A stretch of 64,000 bases of DNA. Source: an uncultured Gemmatimonadaceae bacterium (lineage in GTDB: Bacteria > Gemmatimonadota > Gemmatimonadetes > Gemmatimonadales > Gemmatimonadaceae). The notes under the pieces were generated by a model that made no database searches, was not told the DNA's origin, and saw only the letters and a program-made list of their open reading frames with translations. The stretch is taken from positions 1,216,001 to 1,280,000 of the forward strand of contig CAVUDW010000003.1 of NCBI GenBank assembly GCA_963740355.1. Direction: 5' to 3'. Within the stretch, counting starts at the first letter, position 1. Each line of letters starts with the position of its first letter. A program made the position numbers and the translations under genes. Shown here in pieces: positions 19,444 to 29,020 of this stretch.

Positions 19444-20913
19444 CTACAGCATGTAGCGTCGCAGATCCTCATCCTGGCTCACCGACTCCAGGCGCGACCG
19501 GACCATCGCAGCGTCGACGACGATGCCCTCCTTGCCTGACTCGGGCAGGCCGAACAACAGTTCCTCGAGCAGCGTCGTCATCACAGTGTGCAGGCGGCGC
19601 GCCCCGATGTTCTCCATCCGCGCGTTGCAGATGGTGGCGACACGCGCGAGTTCCGCGATGCCGTCAGGTGCAAAGGTGAGCGTGGCGCCTTCCGACGAGA
19701 CGAGTGCAGCGTACTGACGCGTCAGCGCATGTTCCGGCTCCGTCATGATCCGAACGAAGTCCGACTCCGTCAACGGCAACAGTTCGACGCGGATCGGAAA
19801 GCGGCCCTGCAACTCGGGGATCAGATCACTTGGCTTCGACACATGGAACGCGCCGGCTGCGATGAAGAGCACGTGATCGGTCTTCACCATGCCGTACTTG
19901 GTCTGCACTGTCGATCCCTCGACGATCGGCAGCAGGTCGCGCTGCACACCCTCACGCGAGACATCGGGTCCGCCAGAACCGCCACGCTGCCCCGCGATCT
20001 TGTCGATCTCGTCGAGGAAGACGATGCCCGTCTCCTCGGTGCGCTCGATCGCCTCGGCGATGACCTCGTCGCGATCCAACATGCGATCGAATTCCTGCTG
20101 CAGCAACACACGGCGCGCCTCGGCCACCGACATGCTCCGCTTGCGCGTGCGCTTCGGCATCAGGTCGGACATCATCTGCGTGAACTGCTCCATCCCTTCC
20201 TGCTGGCCCGGCTGGTTAACCATGCCGAACATCGGCGCCGCTGACACAGGCACGTCGAGATCGACGTTGCGCGTCTCGAGCTGCCCATCCCGGAGCAACG
20301 TGCGGAGCTTTTCGCGGGTGCGCTGATGGCGATCCTTCTCGGCATCGCTGATCGGTGCCGTCGTGGCTGCCCCCGACGCACCCACGAGAAAGATGTTCGG
20401 GGCCGGCTCGTCAGATCCGGGAGCATTGGGGGTCGACGTCGCGGAAGCATTGGCTGCTACGGGTGCCGGCAGCAACGCATCGAGCAACCGCTCCTCCACT
20501 CGCTCCCCTGCCTCGACCGTGATTTCCTGCTCACGTTCGCTGCGCACGAGGTCCATGGCGGCTTCGACGAGGTCGCGCACCATCGATTCGACATCGCGAC
20601 CGACGTAGCCCACTTCGGTGAACTTCGATGCCTCGACCTTTACGAACGGCGCGGCGGCCAGTTTCGAGACACGGCGCGCGATTTCCGTCTTGCCGCAGCC
20701 GGTCGGACCGATGAGGATGATGTTGTTCGGCGAAATCTCGGTGCGGATCGCCTCGGCGGTGTGCTGCCGGCGCCAGCGATTGCGCAGTGCAATCGCCACC
20801 GCCTTCTTGGCGGCCGATTGCCCGATGATATAGCGATCCAGCTCGGCGACGATACGCGTCGGCGTCAGGTCGGCGAGGCGCGCGAGCGCCCGGGTTGTAC
20901 GCGGCGACGACAT
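19444..20913 (-). CDS. hslU: ATP-dependent protease ATPase subunit HslU
   Basis: AKKAVAIALRNRWRR, GPTGCGKTEIARR, KFTEVGYVGRDV, REGVQRDLLPIVEG, ENIGARRLHT. Confidence 0.98.
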   Translation of the reverse strand: MSSPRTTRALARLADLTPTRIVAELDRYIIGQSAAKKAVAIALRNRWRRQHTAEAIRTEISPNNIILIGPTGCGKTEIARRVSKLAAAPFVKVEASKFTEVGYVGRDVESMVRDLVEAAMDLVRSEREQEITVEAGERVEERLLDALLPAPVAANASATSTPNAPGSDEPAPNIFLVGASGAATTAPISDAEKDRHQRTREKLRTLLRDGQLETRNVDLDVPVSAAPMFGMVNQPGQQEGMEQFTQMMSDLMPKRTRKRSMSVAEARRVLLQQEFDRMLDRDEVIAEAIERTEETGIVFLDEIDKIAGQRGGSGGPDVSREGVQRDLLPIVEGSTVQTKYGMVKTDHVLFIAAGAFHVSKPSDLIPELQGRFPIRVELLPLTESDFVRIMTEPEHALTRQYAALVSSEGATLTFAPDGIAELARVATICNARMENIGARRLHTVMTTLLEELLFGLPESGKEGIVVDAAMVRSRLESVSQDEDLRRYML

Positions 20914-20916
20914 CGC

Positions 20917-21465
20917 TTAGGCGGTGGGTTCGAGGACGGTGATGTTCGTATTCGTGTAGACGCAGATCTCGCCGGCGATCTGCATGCCGTGCTGCACGAT
21001 CTCACGCGCACTCATCTCGGTGTGGCGCACCAGTGCGCGTGCGGCCGAGAGTGCGTAGATGCCGCCGGAGCCGATGGCCATGATGCCGTCGTCGGACTCG
21101 ATCACGTCACCATTGCCACTGATGGTGAAGAGTGTGTCCCTGTCACCGACGATGAGTAGCGCCTCGAGGCGACGGAGGACGCGATCACTGCGCCAATCCT
21201 TGGCCAGCTCGACCACTGCCTTGGGCAGGTTCTCGCCGTAGCGCTCGAGTTTCTCCTCGAACTTCTCGAACAGTGTGAACGCATCGGCCGCGGCGCCCGC
21301 AAAGCCGGCCACGAGTTTGCCGTTGCCGAGTCGCCGCACCTTCTTGGCGGTCGCCTTGGCCACGGTCTGTCCCATCGACACCTGGCCATCGCCGCCAATG
21401 GCGATTTCGCCATTGCGCCGGACGGCGAGGATGGTCGTAGCGTGAAACACGGTTGAATCAGTCAT
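20917..21465 (-). CDS. hslV: ATP-dependent protease peptidase subunit HslV
   Basis: [38 protein letters not shown]. Confidence 0.98.
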   Translation of the reverse strand: MTDSTVFHATTILAVRRNGEIAIGGDGQVSMGQTVAKATAKKVRRLGNGKLVAGFAGAAADAFTLFEKFEEKLERYGENLPKAVVELAKDWRSDRVLRRLEALLIVGDRDTLFTISGNGDVIESDDGIMAIGSGGIYALSAARALVRHTEMSAREIVQHGMQIAGEICVYTNTNITVLEPTA

Positions 21466-21531
21466 ACCGGAATTTCAGGTGAAGTCGAACAGCGGTCAGG
21501 CGGAGCGTGCGAACCCATGCGTGCCGAGGCG

Positions 21532-22518
21532 TCAGGCACGCGGGTGCGCCTTCGCGTAGGCCGCCTTCAGCCGCTCGACGCTGGTGTGCGTGTAGATCTG
21601 CGTGGTACTGACACTGGCGTGGCCCAGCAGTTCCTGCACCGCCCGCAACTCGGCACCGGCATCGAGCAGGTGGGTGGCGAAGGTATGGCGCAGGGCATGC
21701 ACACTGGCACCGTCCGGCGCGTCGACCAGCGACAGCAGCCCCGTCATCGCGAGCTGGATGCCGCGGCGCGACAGCCGCCGCCCGCGCGGATTGAGGAACC
21801 AGGCGCTGCGATCAGCCTTCGGCCCCACCATGCGGACGAGTTCCTCGCGGCGCGACTCGTAGTTGATGTTCGCGAGGCGCGCCGGTCCGCCGAATGGAAT
21901 GATCCGCTCCTTCCGACCCTTGCCGCGCACCTTGGCCCGCAGCGACACGAGGTCGATGTCCTCCCGGTTCAGCCCGTGTAGTTCCGAGAGACGCATACCG
22001 GTGGCGTAGAACAGCTCGAGCATCGCAAGGTTGCGCACGTCGGCATAGGCGCCACCCTGCGCTCGCGTCGAAGCCGCATCCATCAACGTCTGCATCGTGC
22101 CGCTGTCGAGATGCGCCGGCAGGTGGCGCCCGATCTTCGGCGTGCGCACACTGCGCGCGGGGTTGGCCGAGACGTGCTCGTCGCGATGCAGGTACCGATA
22201 GAATCCGCGCACGGCCGAGAGGGTGCGGGCAATCGACCGTCGCTCGAGCCCCTGGCGCGAGAGGTAGCCGAGGAAGCTGCGGATCGTGTTGCGATCGACG
22301 GTACCCCAGTCCCACTTCGCGCCCTGCGCCTTCGCGCCAAGAAAAGTAACGAAGCGCGACAAATCAGAGGTGTACGCCGTGATGGTGTGCGACGACATCT
22401 GCTTCTCCTTCTCCAGATACCGCAGCCACTCGGCGACCAGCGCCGGTGTCACGACCGCCTCCGGTTCAGCCTTGGTCTCGTCGGCAACGTCCGCCTGCAC
22501 CGCCGCCTTTCGCGCCAT
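21532..22518 (-). CDS. xerC: Tyrosine recombinase XerC
   Basis: LFYATGMRLSEL, GKGRKER, HALRHTFATHLL, LLGHASVSTTQIYTH; sits in the trmFO-xerC-hslVU order. Confidence 0.92.
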   Translation of the reverse strand: MARKAAVQADVADETKAEPEAVVTPALVAEWLRYLEKEKQMSSHTITAYTSDLSRFVTFLGAKAQGAKWDWGTVDRNTIRSFLGYLSRQGLERRSIARTLSAVRGFYRYLHRDEHVSANPARSVRTPKIGRHLPAHLDSGTMQTLMDAASTRAQGGAYADVRNLAMLELFYATGMRLSELHGLNREDIDLVSLRAKVRGKGRKERIIPFGGPARLANINYESRREELVRMVGPKADRSAWFLNPRGRRLSRRGIQLAMTGLLSLVDAPDGASVHALRHTFATHLLDAGAELRAVQELLGHASVSTTQIYTHTSVERLKAAYAKAHPRA

Positions 22519-23858
22519 CAGACCGTCAGGCCCGCGAGCGAGACACTGCTGGTCCAAGCCGCGAAATCGACCAGCGCACGATCGGCCATCGCCTGCTTGC
22601 GCTCCATCTTGTCACGCGGCGGGTTGGGCAGGTCATCCACCAGGCCGTAGTTCGCGTTCATCGGCTGGAAGTGCTTCGGGTCGGCCTCGCGCAGATAGCG
22701 GTACAGCGCACCAATCATCGTGGTGGGCGGCGGAATGACGGGCGCTTCGCCGCGCAGCATCCGCGAGAGATTGATGCCCGCCATCAGGCCAGTGGCACTG
22801 CTCTCGGTGTACCCCTCGACGCCGGTGAGCTGGCCGGCAAACATCGTCATCGGCGCGTCGCGCAGCGACAGGTGCGGCGAGAGCGTGGCCGGCGCGTTGA
22901 GATACGAGTTGCGATGGATGCTGCCGTAGCGCAGGAACTCGGCGTCGGCCAGCCCCGGGATCATGCGGAAGACACGCTGCTGCTCGCCGATCCGCAGCCG
23001 CGTTTGGAAGCCGACCAGGTTCCACATCCGCCCCGCGCGATCTTCCTGCCGCAACTGCAGCACGGCCCACGGTCGCTTGCCGGTGCGCGGGTCGCGCAGT
23101 CCGATCGGCTTCATCGGCCCGAAGCGCAGCGTCTCACGCCCACGCTTCACCATCTCTTCGGCAGGCATGCAGCCCTCGAAGTACGGCACGGCGTCGAACT
23201 CGTGCGCTGTGAACTGGTCGCCAGCCGCGAGTGCGTCGATGAAGGCTTCGTATTCGTCCTTGTTGAACGGCGCGTTGAGGTACGCCCCTTCTTCCGCCGC
23301 GCCTTCCATCGTCTCCTTGTTCCAGCGACTGGCGCGGAACAGGAGCGAATGATCGAGCGACTCGTAACTCACCACCGGCGCGATCGAGTCGTAGAACGCC
23401 AGCGACTCGATCCCGAGCCGAGTGCGAATCGACTCGGCGAGGACATCGGAGGTGAGTGGGCCGGTGGCGACGATCCCGACCTCCGGCAACTCACTCACTT
23501 CTTCGCGCACGACCGTGATGTTGGCGTGCTCGCGGACGCGCGCATCGAGGGCCGCGGCAAAGATCTCGCGATCGACGGCCAGCGCCGAACCACCCGGCAC
23601 ACGTGCCTGATCCGCAGCCCAGAGCACCACGCTGCCAAGCTGCCGCATCTCGGCCTTCAGCAGCCCGTGCGCGTTCGCGACTTCGGTGCTCTTGAAGGTG
23701 TTGGAGCACACCAGCTCACCAAGACGATCGGTCTTGTGCGCGGCCGTTCCTCGCACGGGACGCATCTCGTGCAACACCACCGTGTGCCCACGCTCGGCGA
23801 GCTGGAACGCGGCTTCACTGCCGGCCAGCCCACCACCCACGATATGAATTTCCTTCAC
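22518..23858 (-). CDS. trmFO: tRNA (uracil-54) methyltransferase TrmFO
   Basis: GGGLAGSEAA, ELVCSNTF, YFEGCMP, FGPMKPIGL, VGFQTRL, AGQLTGVEGYTES, FQPMNANYG. Confidence 0.97.
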   Translation of the reverse strand: MKEIHIVGGGLAGSEAAFQLAERGHTVVLHEMRPVRGTAAHKTDRLGELVCSNTFKSTEVANAHGLLKAEMRQLGSVVLWAADQARVPGGSALAVDREIFAAALDARVREHANITVVREEVSELPEVGIVATGPLTSDVLAESIRTRLGIESLAFYDSIAPVVSYESLDHSLLFRASRWNKETMEGAAEEGAYLNAPFNKDEYEAFIDALAAGDQFTAHEFDAVPYFEGCMPAEEMVKRGRETLRFGPMKPIGLRDPRTGKRPWAVLQLRQEDRAGRMWNLVGFQTRLRIGEQQRVFRMIPGLADAEFLRYGSIHRNSYLNAPATLSPHLSLRDAPMTMFAGQLTGVEGYTESSATGLMAGINLSRMLRGEAPVIPPPTTMIGALYRYLREADPKHFQPMNANYGLVDDLPNPPRDKMERKQAMADRALVDFAAWTSSVSLAGLTV

Positions 23859-23860
23859 GG

Positions 23861-26650
23861 TCAGCCCTTGGCGCGAGCCGTCTTCTTGCGAGCGGGCTTC
23901 TTCTTCACGATCGGCTTGCCAGCCTTTGCCTCCAGCAGTTGCACTGCCTGCGCCATCGTCACCGACTCCGGCTTCACATCGTTTGGCAACGTCGCGCGAA
24001 TCGGTTTCGCCTTGCGATCGCTGGTGTTCGGGCCAAGCTGGACATACGGTCCGTACCGACCGTCGAACACCAGCACGGCGCGACCATCTTCCGGATGCGC
24101 GCCAAGCTCACGCAATGGCGTGACCACGCTGCTCGATGCACCGCGTCGTCCCTTCGGTTGTGCGAAGAGTTCGAGCGCGCGCGGCAGTGCGATCGTCAGG
24201 ACGTCGTCAGTGGCCGGGATGCTGCGGTACTCATCCTTGCCACCCTCGCCGCCCTTCACATGCACCACGAATGGCCCAAAACGCCCGAGACTAGCGCGGA
24301 TCGCATGGCCAGTTTCAGGATGTGTGCCGAGTTGGCGCGGCAGCGAGATCAGGCCCTTTGCAATCTCGAGCGTGATGTTCTCTGGCGTGACACCCTTCGG
24401 CAGCGAGGTGCGCTTGGGCTTCACCTTGCTGCCTTCCACCACATCACCGAGCTGCACGTACGGGCCGTATTCACCACGCATCATGTAGATCGGCACGCCA
24501 TCATCGTCGGTGCCGATGACTGGAGGCCCTTCCTGACGCGTGCGCAGCAGTTCCTGCACGAGATCGTCGGTGAGATCGCCCGGCGCCATGTCGCTCGGCA
24601 ATGATGCCCGCAACGGTGTGCCGTCTTCCATCACTTCGACGTACGGGCCATACCGACCGATGCGGATCTCGGCGTTCACCCCTTCGAGCACAACACGACG
24701 CGCACCACCGGCTTCCTTCTTCAGGTCCGACGCACTCTGTTCGACCATCGGCTTCAAGCCAGGATGCTGCTTGTCGCCGAAGAAGAACTGCTTCAGGTAC
24801 GACAGCTGGTCCTGCTCGCCGCGAGCAATCTCGTCGAGCTGGTCTTCCATCTTGGCCGTGAACTGCGTGTCGACGAGTGAAGTGATCCGCTCCTCGAGCA
24901 ACGCCGTGACCGCGAAGGCGGTAAAGGTCGGCACCAACGCCTTGCCATCCTGCCGCACGTAGCCGCGCGCCTGGATGGTGTCCATGATGGAGGCGTAGGT
25001 GCTTGGGCGACCGATGCCCAGTTCCTCGAGTGCCTTCACCAACGACGCTTCGGTATAACGCGCCGGCGGCTGCGTTTCGTGCTTCACCGCATCCAGTGCG
25101 CGACAATCCGGCGTGTCACCGACCACCAACGCCGGCAACACGACTTCCTTGTCGTCCAGCGCCGCCTCGGGATCGTCCGACCCCTCGACATAGGCGCGAA
25201 TGAAGCCCGCGAAATCAATGCGCTTGCCGCTGGCGCGGAATTCCGCGTTGTCGGCCGCGATGGTGACCACCATGCGCGTCTGCTTCGAGTCCGGCATCTG
25301 GCTGGCGACGGTACGCTTCCAGATCAGGTCATACAGGCGCAGCTCGCGACCGCTCAAGCCAGTTTCGTCAGGCGACTTGAACCGCTCGCCCGACGGACGA
25401 ATCGCCTCGTGCGCTTCCTGCGCGTTGGCCGACTTGTTGGCGTAGTAACGCGGCTTCTCCGGCACGTACTCGGCGCCGAACTCGCGTGCACAGGCGCGTG
25501 CGGCATCGATCGCCTGTGCGGAGAGCGACACGGAGTCGGTACGCATGTAGGTGATGAAGCCGCGCTCGTACAGGTCCTGCGCCACGCGCATCGCTTCTCG
25601 CGCGCCAAGTCCCAGCTTGCGGTTCGCTTCCTGTTGCAGCGTCGAGGTCGTGAACGGCGGCGACGGGCGGGTGGTGAACGGCTCTTCGGTGCGGTCGGTG
25701 ACCTTCCACGTCGCGCCCTTCAGTCGAGCGACCAGCGCCGTGCCCGCCGCTTCGTCCAGCAGCACCAGGTCGCGCGGCGATGCGCCTTCGGCACCGGTCA
25801 AGCGACCGGTGGTCTTGTCGAAGTCACGGCCGGTCGCGATGCGCTTGCCACCGACGGCGACGAGCTTGGCTTCGAACTGCGCGTCGAGATGCGCCAACTG
25901 CGCCACCAGATCCCACCAGGTGCCACTGCGGAAGGCGCGGCGTTCGCGCTCACGCACCACCACCAGCTTCACCGCAACGCTCTGCACGCGGCCCGCTGAG
26001 AGACGCGGCGCGACGGTCGTCCAGAGCAACGGCGACACGGTGTAGCCGGTGAGGCGATCGATGATGCGACGGGCTTCCTGCGCCTTGACGAGGTTCTCGT
26101 CCACATCGCGCGTTTCATCGAGGGCACGCAGAATCGCGCGCTCGGTGATTTCGTGGAACACCATGCGCCGGACCGGCACCTTCGGCTTCAATTCCTGCAG
26201 CAGGTGCCAGGAGATGCTTTCACCTTCGCGGTCTTCGTCGGTCGCGAGGTAGAGGCGGTCGACGTCCTTGAGGGCAGTGCGGATCTCGGTCAGCACCTTT
26301 CGTGAGCCACCGGGCACGACGTAGAGCGGCGCGAAGTCGTTGTCGACGTCGACGCCGATGCGGGCCCAGGCGTCCTTCTTGTACTTCTCCGGGATTTCGC
26401 TCGCGTTCTGCGGCAGGTCGCGCACATGCCCAACCGAGGCCAGCACCTTGTAGCCCGCCGGCAGGAATCGACTGATCGTGCGCGCCTTGGTCGGCGATTC
26501 CACGATCACGAGGGTGCGCCCGCTGCCACTGTCGCCACCAGCGCTGCGGCCCGTGGGCGCGCGCTTGGTGGCGGTCTTGGTCGCGGTCTTGGTCGCCGTC
26601 TTTTTCGCCGCGGTCTTCCGGGCGGGAGTCTTCCGAGTCGAACCAGCCAT
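23861..26650 (-). CDS. topA: Type I DNA topoisomerase with C-terminal non-zinc repeats
   Basis: IVESPTKA, ATDEDREGESI, SAGRVQS, ITYMRTDS, AQEAHEAIRP, GIGRPSTYA; repeated GRYGPYV-type C-terminal units. Confidence 0.98.
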   Translation of the reverse strand: MAGSTRKTPARKTAAKKTATKTATKTATKRAPTGRSAGGDSGSGRTLVIVESPTKARTISRFLPAGYKVLASVGHVRDLPQNASEIPEKYKKDAWARIGVDVDNDFAPLYVVPGGSRKVLTEIRTALKDVDRLYLATDEDREGESISWHLLQELKPKVPVRRMVFHEITERAILRALDETRDVDENLVKAQEARRIIDRLTGYTVSPLLWTTVAPRLSAGRVQSVAVKLVVVRERERRAFRSGTWWDLVAQLAHLDAQFEAKLVAVGGKRIATGRDFDKTTGRLTGAEGASPRDLVLLDEAAGTALVARLKGATWKVTDRTEEPFTTRPSPPFTTSTLQQEANRKLGLGAREAMRVAQDLYERGFITYMRTDSVSLSAQAIDAARACAREFGAEYVPEKPRYYANKSANAQEAHEAIRPSGERFKSPDETGLSGRELRLYDLIWKRTVASQMPDSKQTRMVVTIAADNAEFRASGKRIDFAGFIRAYVEGSDDPEAALDDKEVVLPALVVGDTPDCRALDAVKHETQPPARYTEASLVKALEELGIGRPSTYASIMDTIQARGYVRQDGKALVPTFTAFAVTALLEERITSLVDTQFTAKMEDQLDEIARGEQDQLSYLKQFFFGDKQHPGLKPMVEQSASDLKKEAGGARRVVLEGVNAEIRIGRYGPYVEVMEDGTPLRASLPSDMAPGDLTDDLVQELLRTRQEGPPVIGTDDDGVPIYMMRGEYGPYVQLGDVVEGSKVKPKRTSLPKGVTPENITLEIAKGLISLPRQLGTHPETGHAIRASLGRFGPFVVHVKGGEGGKDEYRSIPATDDVLTIALPRALELFAQPKGRRGASSSVVTPLRELGAHPEDGRAVLVFDGRYGPYVQLGPNTSDRKAKPIRATLPNDVKPESVTMAQAVQLLEAKAGKPIVKKKPARKKTARAKG

Positions 26651-26708
26651 CAGGGTCGGTGCAATAGCAGGAGAGTGGCAAGCGCCTGCACGACGCTCGC
26701 ACGAACAG

Positions 26709-26945
26709 TCAGTGGATGGTCATCGGCTCCGGACCGGAACCATGATCCTCCAGTCCAGCGCCTTCCAGCAGGGTGCGAACGTCATCCAGCGCAATGCGCC
26801 CATCGATATGCGCCAGCGCCCGATCGATCACCTGCTCCAACTCGGCCGGACTGAGAAAGCCGGCACCGGTGAGCGAGAGCAGATGCCCCCACGCCTCGGT
26901 CGAAAACCGGCCCCGCTCGTGCGGACCCAATACGCGAAAACCCAT
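26709..26945 (-). CDS. Short Smg/DUF494-like protein
   Basis: FRVLGPHERGRFSTEAWGHLLSL..AGFLSPAELEQVIDRA resembles the Smg C-terminal half; sits upstream of topA; GGAG SD before ATG 26945. Confidence 0.7.
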   Translation of the reverse strand: MGFRVLGPHERGRFSTEAWGHLLSLTGAGFLSPAELEQVIDRALAHIDGRIALDDVRTLLEGAGLEDHGSGPEPMTIH

Positions 26946-27102
26946 GCTACGCTCCCCGCGGTGTGACGAGGCGAGTGTCGGCGTGCCCGGATGGGACCAG
27001 CCACTCCGGCATACTATAACGTCTTGTGGCGGGCAGGCCGCCGATGGCGGTGCGGCCCTCCCGGCCTCGTCCGTGTACCCCGAAGGGACAGGGAGGGCGA
27101 AC

Positions 27103-27657
27103 CTATCCCCGGGTCGGCAGGGGGGCAAGCGCGGCGATCGCGTCCACAACCTCTTGCCAGTCAAGGACTTCCGTGTCGATGACGGCGTCAGCCGTGGCAT
27201 AACGCTGAGCCCGTCGCTCCAGCAGACGCTGCAGATTTTCGATCGGATTCCCCTTCGCCAGCAACGGACGGAGCCGGATCCGCGCCCCCATTCGCTGCAC
27301 CGCCACCCGGGGCGAGACCTGCAGCCAGACGATCATGGCGGCGGGTTTGACGAGCTCGACATTGGCAGGGTCCATCATCCATCCACCACCCGGCGCGACG
27401 ACGCTGGCGGGCTCGATGGCGAGCGAGGCAGTCGCCTTCCGCTCCAGTTCGCGGAACGCAGGCTCACCCGACTGCCGAAAGATCTGGGCGATGGAGCGAC
27501 CCTCGAGCATCGCGATCCGCCGGTCGAGGTCGATGAAGGGTCGCTTGAGCTGCTTCGCCGCTCGCCGGCCATGCGTCGACTTGCCAGCGCCTGGCAGGCC
27601 GATCAGGACGAGATGTGCGGGCAGGGTGTAGCCGTCGTCGCGCGCCGCGCCGCTCAC
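27103..27657 (-). CDS. aroK: Shikimate kinase
   Basis: LIGLPGAGKST, FIDLD, GEPAFRELE, PGGG, RPLL. Confidence 0.95.
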   Translation of the reverse strand: MSGAARDDGYTLPAHLVLIGLPGAGKSTHGRRAAKQLKRPFIDLDRRIAMLEGRSIAQIFRQSGEPAFRELERKATASLAIEPASVVAPGGGWMMDPANVELVKPAAMIVWLQVSPRVAVQRMGARIRLRPLLAKGNPIENLQRLLERRAQRYATADAVIDTEVLDWQEVVDAIAALAPLPTRG

Positions 27658-28850
27658 CCCAGGCGCTGCGCCACGTGCGCGAGATAGGCGTCGTAGTTGC
27701 GCCGCATCTCCCCCAACGAGTCACCACCGAACTTCTCGAGCATCGCGTCGGCCAATACCAGCGCCAGCATCGCCTCGGCAATCACACCCATCGCCGGCAC
27801 CGCCGTCACATCGCTCCGCTCCACCACGGCCTCGGCGGGTGCCGAGGTGGTGGTGTCGATGGTCTGCAGCGGCTTCATGAGCGTCGCGATCGGCTTCATG
27901 GCCACCCGCACGACGACCGGCTCGCCACTGGTCATGCCGCCGTCCAGGCCACCGGCTCGGTTGGTAGTGCGCCGAACATTCGCCGCGATGGTGCGCCCGG
28001 GCTCGATCGCGATTTCGTCATGCACTTCGGCGCCGGTCTTCCGCGACGACTCGAAGCCCATCCCGATCTCGACGCCCTTCACGGCGGGAATGGACAACAT
28101 CGCCTGACCGATGCGGCCGTCGAGCTTCCGATCCCAGCTGACATGCGATCCGAGGCCAACCGGCAGCCCGCGCGCGACGACTTCGCAGATGCCGCCGAGG
28201 GTATTGCCATCGGCCTTCGCTTCATCGATGCGGGCGATGATCCTCGCTTCCGAGGCGCGGTCGAGTGTGCGTACCGGGCTCAGGTCGGACGCCGCGTTGA
28301 GGTCGTCCGGAAGCTCGACGTCCGCAGCGTCGATGCCGCCCAGATGCACTAGGTGGCTGCCGATCGAGACGTTGAAGGCCTTGAGCAGCGCACGGGCGAT
28401 GGCTGCGCCTGCCACGCGAGCCGTGGTCTCGCGAGCCGACGCGCGCTCGAGGATGTCACGCGCGTCTTCGCGATCGTACTTGAGAATGCCAGTCAGGTCG
28501 GCATGGCCAGGGCGAGGCCGTGTGACCGACCGCTTCCGCAATCCATCGACATCTTCGTCGCGCGGGGCCGCATCCATGATCTCGACCCAGTTCTTCCAGT
28601 CGCGATTGCGAATGAGCATGGCGATCGGTGAGCCGAGCGTCTCGCCAGCGCGCACACCGCTGAGGAATTCGATCTCGTCTCGCTCGATCTGCATCCGTCG
28701 GCCGCGGCCGTAGCCTTGCTGGCGACGGAACAGGTCGGCGTTGATGTCTTCGGCACGCAACGGGATACCCGCTGGCATGCCCTCGATCGTGCAGACGAGC
28801 GCGGGGCCGTGGGATTCACCGGCCGTGGTGAGGCGGAGGAGACGGAGCAT
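27654..28850 (-). CDS. aroC: Chorismate synthase
   Basis: TAGESHG, RRQQGYGRGRRM, PRPGHADL, LERASARETTARV, MKPIATL, ERSDV. Confidence 0.98.
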   Translation of the reverse strand: MLRLLRLTTAGESHGPALVCTIEGMPAGIPLRAEDINADLFRRQQGYGRGRRMQIERDEIEFLSGVRAGETLGSPIAMLIRNRDWKNWVEIMDAAPRDEDVDGLRKRSVTRPRPGHADLTGILKYDREDARDILERASARETTARVAGAAIARALLKAFNVSIGSHLVHLGGIDAADVELPDDLNAASDLSPVRTLDRASEARIIARIDEAKADGNTLGGICEVVARGLPVGLGSHVSWDRKLDGRIGQAMLSIPAVKGVEIGMGFESSRKTGAEVHDEIAIEPGRTIAANVRRTTNRAGGLDGGMTSGEPVVVRVAMKPIATLMKPLQTIDTTTSAPAEAVVERSDVTAVPAMGVIAEAMLALVLADAMLEKFGGDSLGEMRRNYDAYLAHVAQRLG

Positions 28851-29020
28851 GATGAGAGCAATCTATCCCAGCTCGCCAACACCGAGATATGGAGCTATCT
28901 CAGCGGGGAGGGTGTTGAGATACAGGTAGGTTTTTCATGTGATCAGCGTACGGACGACAGCTCAGTTGGCAAATCATGCCGGGGCCGGGAAATGCGACCT
29001 TGACGTGATGGGAGCTGGGC

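Noticed and set aside
21532..22518. Tyrosine recombinase as an integrase or pilin shufflon invertase
   Set aside because: It sits in the housekeeping topA-trmFO-xerC-hslVU order. All pilins are co-oriented and I saw no inverted recombination sites.
22446..24488. Long antisense ORFs (e.g. 680 aa here, 820 aa at 33937-36399, 512 aa at 44005-45543)
   Set aside because: These are high-GC shadow frames opposite well-supported genes, with no protein motifs.
28877..28917. Nested inverted repeat between aroC and the large kinase as an ncRNA or insertion end
   Set aside because: The stems are short (7 and 6 bp), there is no second copy at the other insertion sites, and it has no known RNA motif.
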